Notes: generated by a model from the sequence alone, not told the origin. Shown: positions 26,540-39,589, counted from the stretch's first letter. The stretch: 64,000 nt of DNA from Octopus sinensis (GCF_006345805.1 NC_043007.1:57350001-57414000), one strand, 5' to 3'. Made by a program: numbers and translations.

Positions 26540-28161
26540 CAGTGCTTCCCAAACTGTTCGCGCCAGATTGCAATATCGCCCACCTATCGCCCAAAAACTG
26601 CTCCATCGCCCACCTATGTAAAGAAACTCTGGACACAACTCCCCCCACCAACACAAAATCCTTTAGGAACCCTCCCTTTGTATCACTTCCCTGTTAGTGC
26701 CATCTGGACTAAATATGCGGTTGTTTACAAATCCCTTACTGTGGGTTTAGTTTTGCTATTAGTGTGGATAAAATTCTAACGTTAACTCCATATTATGCAG
26801 ACAGATTAACCTCTGGAAACTGGCGCTTTCTTTTACACTGATTTTCCTTTTCCCCAAATGAACCATTGATCAGAACTAACGATGCAAAAATAGTTAATGA
26901 TTGTATTATAAAGGAAAAGAATAACACTTTTTAATAAGAACCATGTGTCTGGTGTGATGCAGCTAGTGCAGATATATTTGGTTTCAAACTTGTCCACTTT
27001 AGTTTCAGTCTCCTCGTTGTGGGAAAGTAAAGTTCCAACATGGTTAAAACCAGATTCAACTAGGTATAAGGTAGGGAAAGCAAGCAAAAGTAATTTCAAT
27101 TGTTTCCACAGATTGGGGTAGGAATTCAATATACTCTGATGGTACCACAAACCTTCTATGCCATTACGGCGATATCGCATTGTGGCATAATTGTCCTTTT
27201 GTAATTCTATCAATTCCTTCTGAACGTCATCCTCGCAATAGACTGCATCGACCGCAAACAGAGTGCTATACCACCATGTTATCGTGCAATGATTGGAAAT
27301 AGTTACAATATCTAGTTAAATCCTCATCAACCAATTCATCTTTCAAAGAATCAAGTTGTGGAAATTGATGGAATTGGCGTTTTGATTTGTTAGTCTTATA
27401 CAACACCAATATCGAAATGAAGGTAGTGATAAATGATTTACAATCAACGGGAGTTTTTCTATTTCCTTGCAATAGCTTATTCAAATCATTTAATTTTGTG
27501 AATATAACATAAAGAAAAAGATATCGCACCTTGCAGCCATCAATGAAACGGATAGTGGAGTATCTTCAAAGAAAGATATGATTCTATAAAACAGTTCAAC
27601 AAAGCGTAAAACATAATTTCCTTTTGACAGCCACCGCACTTCCGTATGGTATAAGAGTTTAGTATGGTCCTCATCATTTCTCAGACAGAGTTGACGGAAA
27701 ATTTGATCAGACAAGGGACTGGACATCAATTTGATCACAGTCTTGATGACTAACTGTAGCGCATCATTCAATCTACTGTTCATATTTTTTGCCACTAAAT
27801 GTTACCGGTCTGCCAAGCAATGAACAGTTAGTATCTGGTGGAAAATTTCACGCTTTAGGAGAGATGAAAACCCTCTGTATTTTCCTATCATCGAAGGAGC
27901 TCCATCAGATGCACAGGCATGAATATTACCGAGTGGAATATTATGTTCGAAAAGGAAAGACTTGAGAGTTTGAAAAATAGTTGTACCATATGAATCAAGC
28001 GGCAATTTCTCTATGAACGGCATTTCCTCACAAGGTTGAAGGTCTTCGCTGAAATACCGAACACACACTATCATCAAACATTGATTGTCCACAACAGTTG
28101 ACTCATCCACTTGTATAGAAAATTCAGAACACTGGAGAATATTAATGAGTGATGTTTGACA
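26540..28161 (-). mobile_element. hAT Charlie/Buster-type (ZBED8/SCAND3-like) transposon, disrupted and cut by the gap
   Basis: TIR CAGTGCTTCCCAAAC preceded by CTCTAAAC (NTCTARAN-type target). Motifs DEST...VRY, SDGAPSMIG, HCL, LLYHTEVRWLSKG, AFPTLYLVESGF across four broken ORFs. Confidence 0.9.
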
Positions 28162-28261
28162 NNNNNNNNNNNNNNNNNNNNNNNNNNNNNNNNNNNNNNN
28201 NNNNNNNNNNNNNNNNNNNNNNNNNNNNNNNNNNNNNNNNNNNNNNNNNNNNNNNNNNNNN
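28162..28261. other. Scaffold gap (100 N)
   Basis: Run of exactly 100 N, a typical unknown-size gap. Confidence 0.99.
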
Positions 28262-28379
28262 TATATATATATATATATATATATAATATATTAATGTAGG
28301 ATAACATTTTTTCGAAAAAAAATGTTATCAATGGCCAGCATATTAAAAAATACCTTTAAAGGTTAAAATTATAAACAAC

Positions 28380-28742
28380 TTATAAATAAGGGCAAACGAA
28401 AAAATTTCTAATGCCAAATATGCCAAAATTGAACATATTGTCCATAACCATATAATTTTTCACAATACGCACGCTACTCAAAAATAAGCCGACAGAGATT
28501 TCTAAAATTTCCATTATTACCATATCGGACCGATTTCAGGGTTAGTTCGTAAGAACCCTCCCTTCGTCAGTGATATCGGACCCTGAAATCGGTCCGATAG
28601 GGTAATAATGGAACTTTTAGAAATTTCTGTCGGCTTTTTTTCGAGTAGCGTGCGTATTGTGAAAAAGTATATGATTATGGACAATATGTTCAATTTCGGC
28701 ATATTTGGCATTAGAAAATTTTTCGTTTGCCCTTATTTATAA
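28380..28742. mobile_element. Second palindromic hammerhead-bearing element (different family)
   Basis: 163-bp arms 28380-28542 and 28580-28742, moderately diverged. HHR lies at the centre. Confidence 0.85.
28522..28576 (-). ncRNA. Minimal type I hammerhead ribozyme
   Basis: ATATCA-CTGACGA-AGGG...(GTTC ttac GAAC)...CCCT-GAAA-TCGG-TC-CGATAT. Canonical core, one mismatch at the first stem I pair. Confidence 0.7.
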
Positions 28743-28744
28743 CA

Positions 28745-29350
28745 GGCCGTAAGGTCATGTTTCCCTGCGCTCGCCAGTACCTCTTCCGTCCCTGCCAGAA
28801 CAAAGGCCTTTCGTTCGTTTTTTTCGTTTGTTCTCTTGTTTATTTTGATTTCTCGTATTGTAATTTATTTCTCGTTTTGTATTTTCTTGTACATGTATTT
28901 TTAATTTTGTATTTTTATCTTGTTTTTTATTGTGCAGTTCTTTGTTACGTCCCTTTTTGTGTTACATTTTTTTCGTGCTTGTTTTACCCCTCTACGAGGT
29001 TATTTCATTTTAATTCTCTCGCAGGAAGGCCTAGCATTGACAGTCGTGTCCTGTCTTGCCTTCGAAACACGCTATGTCTGCTAGTGACAGCTGATGAAGG
29101 GGATTTTTCCTTGTGTAGCATGTCCTGTACCTCGTTTTTCTGTTGTAAATAATTTTTTTCCCGTTTTCGTTCTCGTCCTGTTCCACATCTCTGTCCTTCT
29201 GTTGTAACAAAATGGCTTTTCCGTTTTCGTTTCTGTTGAGTTTTACGTCTTTTTGTGGTGTCCTGTACGTATATATATTCATATATGCATGTATATATAC
29301 ATGTAGATGTTGGTACGTACATATATGTTTGTATGTATGCATATATTTTA
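28745..29350 (+). mobile_element. T-rich interspersed repeat with a hammerhead-like motif (PLE pLTR-like)
   Basis: Second copy at 21640-21870. Contains GCCTTC-GAAAC-ACGCTAT-GTC...CTGATGA-AGGGG. Confidence 0.55.
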
Positions 29351-29357
29351 TTTATTA

Positions 29358-29403
<46 letters not shown>

Positions 29404-29662
29404 GTGTGTGTGTGTTTGTGTCTGTATTCACCCCCCCACACACACACAACCGCTTCACAGCTGGTGTTGGTATGTTTACGTCACCGTAACTTAACGGTGT
29501 CGGAAAAAAGAGACTGATAGAATAAATACCAGGCTTTCAAAAATAAGTACTGGGGGAGGGGTTCGATTCATTCGAGTAAACTTCTTCAAAGTGGTGCTAC
29601 AGCATGGCCTCAGTCTAATGAGTGAAACGAACAGAAGATTGAAAGAAAGATAGTCTCTGCCA

Positions 29663-29929
29663 ATTTTTGTGGAGACCCCCTTCGGTCACGAATGACCATG
29701 GGATTGCACCTAGAAAGCTACCCTCCGAGGCACAAGTCCGGGCAAGGTTGTTTATGGAAGACCAGCAGTCGCTCATGCATACCAGCCTCTCTGCTCCATA
29801 CCATTGATGTGAACTGGAGCAACGTGAAATAAAGTGTCTTGCTCAAGAACACAACACGCAGCCCGGTCTGGGATTCGAACTCAAAACCTCACGGTCGGAC
29901 TCTCTAACCACTGAGCCATGCGCCTTCAC
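29663..29929 (-). mobile_element. tRNA-derived SINE family C with 12-bp TSD
   Basis: Head GTGAAGGCGCATGGCTCAGTGGTTAGAG...GTTCGAATCC, then CTTGAGCAAGACACTTTA body. TSD TAGTCTCTGCCA at 29651-29662 and 29930-29941. Confidence 0.85.
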
Positions 29930-30121
29930 TAGTCTCTGCCAGTAGCTAGATCGTTACTGCTTCATGGGAATGAAAATAAAAGTGAACCTCAAAATAATTA
30001 CGAAGCGTTCTAACACCAGCAGAAATGCCACATGTTTTGGGCGAGAGCACAGTCAGTTTTAAGGATTACAGTACTTAGTTGCTAGTTTATTAACTTAGCG
30101 AACAGAGAGAGAGAGAGAGAG

Positions 30122-30173
<52 letters not shown>

Positions 30174-30408
30174 GAAAGAAATATGATTAAGGTGGAGGCC
30201 ACATGGTCTGATTGCCTACAGATTCTGTCACTAATTACTGTCGCTTATAGTTATAACAATAAATGTTATTGTCATCATTAAAGAACACCATTCATGTTTC
30301 TTTGCAACTGACCAGTCAACCGGATAACAAACATATCCATCAGGTTCATCATCATCATCATCAATAAAAACAACGCCTACCACCACCACCACTACTACTA
30401 CTACTACT

Positions 30409-30444
<36 letters not shown>

Positions 30445-31775
30445 AGCTGCTGCTGCTGCTGCTAGAATTGTAGGGGGATAATTAAATGTAAAAAAAGAAT
30501 GAAAACAAGTATTAAAGTGGTGGTGGTGATGGTGGTGGCAGTGGTGGTGTTGGCGGCGGTGATAGTGGTGATGATGGTGGTGGTGGTGGTGGTGGTGGCG
30601 GCGATGGCGTCGGTGGTGGTGGAATTAGTGTTATTGGTTGTAATACTGGTACATATCGATATAGTTGATGTTAATGTTGGAAGTAGTGGCGGAGATTGTT
30701 TTAGTATTGGTATTGTTGTTGATGTTGTTGATGTTGTTGGTGGTGGTGGGGGTGTTGGCAAGGATGTTTGTTACGCTCTTGATAATGTTGGCTGAGTTGT
30801 AGTTGGCAGTGGGGAGGGGGGGGTGAATTGTGCATCTGATCGTGATGCTATTAGTAGATGGGCGTGAAGATGATAACATTAATGAGACTGGAATTAGTAG
30901 CGGTGGTGGAGCAAAAGGTTGTTGCTGGTACTAATATTGACTAGTCAAGGGGTGTTGATAAGACAGGTGTTTTCAGTGTGTTAGCAGTGCAATGGTCAAG
31001 CCTATAGAAACAGTTTCGATTCCTGCTGAGTTAATCATTCGGTTTGATACCGTCCTAAACAACCCCAATAAACTCCCTCTAAAAGAATAGAGTGGGCGTG
31101 TTCGCTTTCTGGGTCGGTCGAGTATCTCACCTGAACTCCCAACTTTCTCACGTTAATACTTCTTAAAGACTCATTTGTTATCTATCAATAATATATATAT
31201 GTGTGTGTGCGTGCGTGTGTGTCTGTCAGATGTATTTGATTGGCAAGTGACTTGATCTGAGACCGAGTGTTGAAGCTACAGCAATTACAGCGTGGAAGAC
31301 ACAGGTTAGCCATTCACTGACCCCGGTCGCAGTCAGTGCAACGAAAGTCTTGACACCAAATAATACTAAATGTTTAAGTGAAGTTAAAGGTTTTTGTGTT
31401 TTTGAATGGCTTGTATGAGTTTCCAACTCTCCAATTTGTGTATATGCAGGTAAATATATGTGTGTATGTATGTATATATGTAAGTATGTAAATATGTAAG
31501 TATGTACGTATATAGATACATATGTATGTATATAATATATATAATACGTGTTTTTTATGTAAATGTATGCATATATATGTAATATATGCAATACATATAT
31601 ATATAATATATATATGTTTATATTTATGTATATAATATATATATATGTATATATATTAATAAATGAAATAAAACATATGCATATATATAAACATATATGT
31701 ACGTACCTACCTCTACATGTACATATACACGCATATATGAGTACAGGACACCATATATATATATGTATATGTATG

Positions 31776-31827
<52 letters not shown>

Positions 31828-32401
31828 GTATGTATATATCTATATATATAATATATATATATACAAAGTAGTATATATATATGTATATATATATATAAGT
31901 GTGTGTGTGTGTGTATATACGCATATATATGTATGTATGTATGTATGTAGTGTGGATATGTATTCTTCTGCGTCTCTCTCGCTCTCCCTCTCTCTCTTCC
32001 TCTCTCTTTCTCTCTCTCTTCCTCTCTCTCTCTTTCTCTCTCTTTCTCTGTGGTCTCGCTCACGTGCGCGTGTGTGCGCTCATGTGTAAAGTTATATTTC
32101 ACAGTGCAAAACAAAAGCTGTAAACTGAAAGAACGAAAACAAATTACAAAAAAAAAATGGAACAACGATTTTTCGTCCAAATATCTTGACATTGTTGTAC
32201 CTGACCAGACTGAAACTGACCGAAGGTGACCCAACTAAGTATACTATTTTACCTTAGACTGTATTAGATTGTACCAAACTAACCTTGAAGAGACCATTTT
32301 GTTGAAAATTAACACAGTATGATCTCTTGCTATAATTATCACTAGTTATTTTACCATGTTGTTGTTGTTGATAGTAGACATGGCCGTTGCTGCTGTTATT
32401 T

Positions 32402-32580
<179 letters not shown>

Positions 32581-32898
32581 CATCGACATCATTATCATCA
32601 CCATCACTATCCTCCACCTCATCCTCATCAGCATCTACTGAAAACAAAGTACTATTTCAGATTACTAGACAACTGAAATAGTAAGCATGTACACACACAC
32701 CACACACACACACACACACACAAGAAAAACCTTGTCTGCCAATCACCAACTAAAAGTGCTTCTCTCGGCCAGTTAGTACAGAAATACCTTAATCACTCTA
32801 CACGGCTTTTAGTCTACATACAATGCATACATACATACATACATACATATATACATACATACATGTATGCATATATACATACACACACACATACATAC

Positions 32899-33013
<115 letters not shown>

Positions 33014-33401
33014 TTTTACTTGTTTCAGTCATTTGACTGCGGTCATACTTGAGCACCACCTTACAGGGTTTTTTAAGTCGAAGATACTTATTCTATCGTT
33101 CTCCTTTGCTGTACTGCTAGGCTATGGGGGACGTAACCACAACATCGGTTGTCAAGCGATGATGGGGTGACAAACACAGACAGAAAAACACACACATAGA
33201 TATATACATATATGTGTATACCGAATCCACTCACAAAACCCGAGGCTAAAGTAGAAAACACTTGCTTAAAATGCCACGCAGTGGGACTGAAACCGGAACC
33301 ATGTGCACCTATATATATTTTCTCGGTTCCCTTTCCCGAGCGTTGAACTAATACACCTGTTTGTTGTTTACACACATGTCTTAGTCTTTTTTTTGTAAAT
33401 T

Positions 33402-33459
<58 letters not shown>

Positions 33460-33570
33460 TTAATAGGGTGAAACCTTTTGGATTAACTGGTGCTAGAGTG
33501 AGCCATATAGTGACCACTCTCTTATATTTATTTTATATTATATATATATATTATATATATATATATATAT

Positions 33571-36115
33571 AGGCGCAGGAGTGGCTGTGTGGTAAGTAGC
33601 TTGCTTACCAAGTAACCTGCATACTTCCCATGAGTCTTGGTTGTCAGTGTACGCATGTGTCATTGTGTTATGCACTGAAGTAGATAGCTGGCGGTGTTTA
33701 GCCAGCGAAAAGTTGCTGCTTCAAGGTAAGACTTTTGTCTCTTGGATCCAGTGAGGGTTGTTGTCTGTGGTTATAATTTTTGCAAACAAGGAGTCCTCAC
33801 TGGATTCAGGATGTTGGTCTGCTTGCGGTTGAGCAATATTGTTCACATTAAGTGAATTTTTTTTTTAATCATTGTGAGAAGTATAGTTTGGGGGTGTATC
33901 CTTCAACCAAAAGTTGTTCACTTTTAATAGTGTATGTTTTTACAACAACATTTACCTGTATTTCAAGTGGTGCCGTCCAGGTTCTAATCGGAGTACCATA
34001 GGGCTTGGAGTACCTGAATGCCCAGAAGATTTTTTTTGCTGTGTTTTGTTGAACTGTTGTTTTCTTCTATTCTTTAATTGTGACTTTTTATTGAACTGTT
34101 TGTTTTTTCTCTTCTTCCCTTTTGTTTCCTTTTGATTTCTCTCTTCTCTTTTTGAAATTTGTGAACTATTGTTTTGGACTATTTTACTTTCTAATTTAAA
34201 ACATGGCAAAAAATATGGATAAGATTGTAGAGTGGGAGATTTTCCTACCTACGGAGTAGTACAGTCAGCAAAAGGTGGTGTTGAGAACGTATTCGAAGGT
34301 TCTCGACACCATTACCGTCTTCTCCAAGCAGATGATTGAGCGGAACATCTGCCAACCATTAAGTATATCTCTAGGGGTGTCAAATATGCAACAGTGTGGT
34401 TACTGTTTGACACCCCAGAGGAGGCTCGCAGTTTTGCGAGCCAGCCCCTTGAGGGTAAAGAAATTTTGTTTCTTCCCACTTATTGTGGGAAAAAATTGAC
34501 GAGGGCTTGAGTCTGTGGTTTGCCATCCGGAATTGAACCCCAATGGATAGAGGATACTATCCGTCGGGGTCTTGGTGGCAGCGGAGTCAGGTTCCTCAAT
34601 GTGAAAATTCTTCCTGCGGCTTGGGTCAAAAGCTGTTTTGACCCTGTGGACCCAATCAGCCATGAATCTGGTTATACAAGATTTTTTTTAAATGGCCGGG
34701 TGCAGGTACCCGGTGATTCTTGAGGGTCGTCCCTTCAGATGCCATCGGTGCCTGGAACCTGGCCGTATAAAGAAAAACTGTCCTCAGGAACAAAGGAAAG
34801 TCTTGGAGCAGTGGATTGAGACCTCAGTAGAAGAAGGAACGAAGGCGGCCGAGGAGACGGAGGACTCCTCAAAGAAGAGCCGCAAGAGGAAGAAGGTTAG
34901 CAACAATGTGTGCTCACCGAAGGATCCAAGGGATGAGGGAGGGGAGGCGAATCTCTCAGTCACGGAGGAGACGCACCCTCGCTCAGTTGAGAGAAAAAAA
35001 AACGAGGAAGAGGAAGAGAAACGGGACATTGCCGGCAGTCTTTGACATAGCACCGGAATGTCCCGGAACCTTGCCGATAGGGGTTGTGCCACCGGCAGGG
35101 AAAGAAACACCGTTGGGGAGAATTGTGCTACCAACGGTAGATTTGACTACCTCGAACCCGGAGGATGAGGAACTATTGGTCTTCTACAGAAGCGGATAGG
35201 TAGAAGAGGTGGTGGAAAAGCACTATAAGGGAGTACATTTAACCTTCTCACAGGATCCCGAATGGCCTCCGCAGATAGCTGTAGAGGTCACAAAGTTGAC
35301 CGTGATGAATAAGCTGCAGGGACTCAATGAGGAATATCGCTTGTGGCCGGGCGACGCCGGCTCGGATCCCGCGTTGGTCTTTGTAAGCTTTGTAAGAGGC
35401 GTGGGAGATGGCGGAATATACGGGCACAAGTGATGTTGGGGAAGAATAGTGACAAGAGGTTGAAAAGCCTCAGTGTTATAATGTTTATTGTATAATGTTT
35501 AATGTTTATTGCATGTTATTGTGTTTAAGAGGGTCAACGCCCCAATTCTTAAATGGACTATCAGTCCCAAAATTGCAAAACTGAAGTAAGAGGTTCATTA
35601 CCTCGTTTTGTCTTTTTCTGTGAAAAAAAAAGAAGAAAAAAGAATAATGTTTTAGAGAATCAAAAAATCGGCAGGCGATTTTTGTCTTCTACTATTATCA
35701 TCCTTTTCATCATTCACCACATCAATGTCTTTGTCCAGCCCGCAAGCTACTCTGTATCATGCCTTTATGGCAAAATTTTTGAAATAAGGTAGCTTACTTA
35801 CCAACAACATGGTTCCGGTTTCAGACCCACTGCGTGCCACCTTGAGCAAGTATCTTCTACTATAGCCTGGGTCAACTCAAACCTTGTGAGTGTATTTGGT
35901 AGACGGAAACTGAAAGAAGCCTGTCGTATATATATATATATGTGTGGTGTGTGTGTGTGTGTTTGTGTGTCCATGTTTGTCCCCCCGCCATCGCTTGACA
36001 ATCGATGTCGGTGTGTTCACGTCCCCATAACTTAGCGGTTCGGCAAAAGAGACCGCTAGAATAAGTACCAAACTTACAAAGAATAAGTCTGGTGTCGTTT
36101 TGTTCGACTAAATAA
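33571..36115 (+). mobile_element. SINE A split by an ORF1-only retroelement
   Basis: Head 33571-33611 resumes at 35789 and continues normally to about 36115. Confidence 0.85.
33612..35788 (+). mobile_element. 2.2-kb ORF1-only (HAL1-like) Tx1/L1-type element with 16-bp TSD
   Basis: TSD GTAGCTTGCTTACCAA (33596-33611) / GTAGCTTACTTACCAA (35789-35804). Broken ORF from 34203 with RRM-like LFDTPEEARSF...LPTYCG...VCGLPSGI and zinc knuckle EGRPFRCHRCLEPGRIKKNCP. No RT or EN. Confidence 0.75.
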
Positions 36116-36124
36116 AATAAAGAA

Positions 36125-36324
36125 TATATATGGGGAGGATTCACAAAAAATAAAAGACGAAGACAGGTGGTGTAGACAACAAACATGTTTAACGCTCAGG
36201 AAGTGAAGAAGTCTTTAACGTTTCGAGCCTACGCTCTTTCACGGAAAGGAACATAGAAAGAAACAAGGAGAGAAAATAAAGAATGTGTAGTGGCTAGCTA
36301 TAAGGAGAGAAAACAAAGAATGTG

Positions 36325-36330
<6 letters not shown>
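36125..36330 (-). mobile_element. PLE pLTR-like repeat with a decayed hammerhead (36213-36248)
   Basis: CTTT-CCGTGAAA-GAGC gtag GCTC-GAAA-CG-TT-AAAG. Related to 45700-45905 and 33320-33410. Confidence 0.6.
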
Positions 36331-36365
<35 letters not shown>

Positions 36366-36980
36366 GGAGAGATAAAGAGAGAGAAGGACAGAAATAGAAT
36401 GAGGCATGTATATACTTAAGTAGATATTTATATATGTGTCTTTGAGTGTGTTTGTCCCCCACCACCGCTTGACTACCGATGTTGGTGGCAACGGTTCGGC
36501 CAAAGGGCTGACAGAATAAATACAGGGCTTTTAAAAGATATGTACCGGTTTCCATTCGTTCGATTAAAGATCCTTCCAGGTGGTGCTCGGGCATGGCTGC
36601 AGTCTGAAATAAGAAAAAGTTTACACACACACACATATAAATATATTATTATTAATAAAAGATAATAATATAAGTGGCTAGCAAGTATAAAAACCAAAAA
36701 GGTAAATTTATAAATTTATAATTAAGGGTATATGATAGTACCAGCGTTGCTAGAATTAAGAGTCGAAAAATACTCAAATAACCCACAATATCATTGAAAA
36801 TTGAATAAGCTGACGAAATCGAGGAGCTAGAAAACAGCAATATTCCATGAAATTATATCCTACTGTCTTAAGTGAAGAAAATCTACAATATAGTCTTGCA
36901 TAATTTTAAAAAGACGAAGTGGTCATAACCGGAATATCTTTGATGATAGTTCTACTCTTTCAGATCTGGCATGTACTTAA

Positions 36981-37199
36981 CCCTTTCGTTACCATATGTC
37001 TAAGGAAATAATTAGCCTTGGTTTCAATTAATTTTGAAAATGATAAATAATTTAGCAAAATAACGTTGTCATTGTTATGCTGGTATTTGGAACAAAAATA
37101 AACATTAAATTTTGAGGGAAGGTTTTAATTTAGAACACTTAAAGCTGGAATTTGTATCATAGAACAAAAGTTGGCCTCAGGCAGGTTGGTATGAAAGTG
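36981..37199. mobile_element. piggyBac-type MITE
   Basis: TTAA|CCCTTTCGTTACC ... GGTATGAAAGTG|TGAA (decayed TIR/TTAA). Confidence 0.55.
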
Positions 37200-37579
37200 T
37201 GAAGCAATAACAACAATGATAATGATAATGATAATGATGTTTCACATACTGTGCCGACTTACTTTTAGTGCTAGGTAAAGATCTTTTATATCGGTTTCAA
37301 ATTTTGGCACAAGGCCAGCCATTTCGGGGGAGGAGGTAAGTTGATTACATCGACCCCAGTGCTTGACTGGTACTTATTATACCGACCCCAAAAGAAAAAA
37401 GGCAAAGCGGTCCACGGCGGGATTTGAACTCAAAACGCAAAGACGGACGAAATGTCGCCAAGCATTTTACCTGGCCTGCTAAGGATCCTGCTGACTCGCC
37501 CCTTTGAAGCCTTTTTATGTTGAACATTATTTATATTATTTACGTTTGACGGATATTTGTCCGCATTTTGTTTGTTATT

Positions 37580-37623
37580 AACACGTTTCGGCTGATATAC
37601 CCTTCCCGCCTTCATCAGGTGTC
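37580..37623 (-). ncRNA. Minimal type I hammerhead (this copy has a 3-nt deletion at the cleavage site)
   Basis: GACAC-CTGATGA-A-GGC...GCC-GAAA-CGTGTT. The right arm retains the intact 3' part CAGCC(A)AAACGTTGTGTT. Confidence 0.65.
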
Positions 37624-37669
37624 TTGGGGAAATTTTGAACATGAGTTCTCATTCCTAAGGTATTTTCTA

Positions 37670-37720
<51 letters not shown>

Positions 37721-37735
37721 GTTGTTGTTGTGTTG

Positions 37736-37777
<42 letters not shown>

Positions 37778-37783
<6 letters not shown>

Positions 37784-37852
37784 TCACTGCCTGGAATTGA
37801 ACTCGGAATCTTGGGGTTAGTAGCTCGCGCTCTTAACCATTACGTCATATGC
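37778..37852 (-). promoter_or_regulatory. tRNA-derived internal Pol III promoter (A and B boxes)
   Basis: GCATA-TGACGTAATGG-TTAAGAGCGCGAGCTACTAACCCCAAGATTCC-GAGTTCAATTCC-AGGC. No paired acceptor stem, so not a functional tRNA. Confidence 0.7.
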
Positions 37853-37886
37853 TCGTGGGCATATAATAATAATAATAATAATGATA

Positions 37887-37939
<53 letters not shown>

Positions 37940-39589
37940 TCGAAAAATACCTTAGGAATGAGAACCCAGGTTATATCAGCCAAAACGTTGTGTTCACAAC
38001 AAATAAGATGATAACAAATATCAGTCAAATGTAAATAATGTAAATAATGTACATAATTCCTTATCTCTTAAATACAGAACTGTACTTTTCATATTGAATT
38101 AAGTACCTGGTTGCTACATCACTTTTACGGAATGCAAAGAACCGTAAGTGAATAACACAAAGCATTTGGCCAACATTCTGCCAATTTCGCCTTTTGCCAC
38201 ACTCTGAGTTATCAAGAGTATCTTTAGGATTTACAGTACTTCTATAATCGTTTTGTGATATTTTGTGTGATAAACCTGCTATGACCGGCTTCGTCAATTA
38301 TTTCTATACAATGAATACCGGTTATGCCGATAAAAAAGAAATGATCTCTCTATAGCGATCAGGTTATTGGTTTTACTTTTATCAGTAGAAATAGCAATAT
38401 CAATAAAGTTTATTTACCGACCAAATTTATTGGCGATGTATTGTTTCTCATTAGGAGACAACAAAACCTTTCTGAAATATATAATACCCGAGCGCAATGT
38501 ACTATGTGTTCGTCTCATTGTGAAGACTTTGTTAGTGCTTCAAATAATTCAATACATAATTCTTTATTCTTACTCGCTACAGCTCCACCACCATTAAATA
38601 AAGTCTTACTATGAAGTAAAATAGACAAAGAAAAGAAAGAGAGAAACAGTAGCTAAGTTTAGCGGTAGAATTGAAATTTCAACGAGAAAGATGCTTAAAT
38701 TAGCTTAAAACGAGAGGTTTAAAAGGCTTCGCAACAATATGTAATAAAAGAATAGTAACAGGCATTGTCTTGTACAATACTTATTTTTTACAGGTGGTAA
38801 AAAATTGATATTTGTAACAATAGCTTGGTAAAGATCTTCCTTTTGATATCAAACCAAATTTGTATCTTCTATTTGCATTTAAGAAACAAAACCAAAATTG
38901 GGTAGAACAAGTAAAATTAAAGTATTTCTTAGCACATTAAAAATTTTATGTAGAGGTATACAATTTTCCAGAACATTCTTAACTTCGAAATCTACTCAAA
39001 AATTGTGAAAATATATATGTATATTTATGTATAGATTCCCACATATTACGACATGAAATTGTTTTGGTATGACCATGTACCTTGAATTGAATATGGCATT
39101 CTCAAATGATATAAAGATGAAGTTTGGCCAAGATGGAGTTTGGCAAAGTTAGGGAAATCTGAAAGTTAGTCTAATAACATCTAAATGGTCTGACAATTTC
39201 TTCGATATCTGATAAGGGATGCTATTAGTAGCAATAATTATACAGATGAAAAATATATCATATGATGGAAGTCGGAACTAGGAACGCGAAACCTGGAAAT
39301 ATAACACTTGGATAGATTACAAACATGGAGCTCATAACTATCTGCATTCAATACATCAGTGGCCCACGATATGCTTGCCGTACCAGTCCCCATGCCAACA
39401 TTTGGGTTGCTCATTTGGAAGCTAACTGAGATACGAGTTATTGATATTGAGGCAGAAATTTATCAATGATTCAAACCACTATTGAATGACCTATCATATA
39501 CTTTCAACAATATCTACTAAGCACAATTCATCAAACTACATAACAGCTGTATATCACATGCACAAAATGAGATTAGGGATCAGCTAAAA

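Larger units (their letters stand above)
37523..38083. mobile_element. Palindromic element combining a tRNA-like Pol III head, microsatellite and hammerhead
   Basis: Arms pair 37523-37670 with 37935-38050; centre hairpin ATATGC-tcgtgg-GCATAT at 37847-37864. Left arm on the minus strand reads tRNA-like head, (AAT)n(AAC)n, HHR, tail. Confidence 0.8.

Noticed and set aside
37778-37852. Possible genuine tRNA gene
   Set aside because: Acceptor and anticodon stems do not pair, there is no oligo-T terminator, and it is embedded in a repeat; treated as a SINE-type head.
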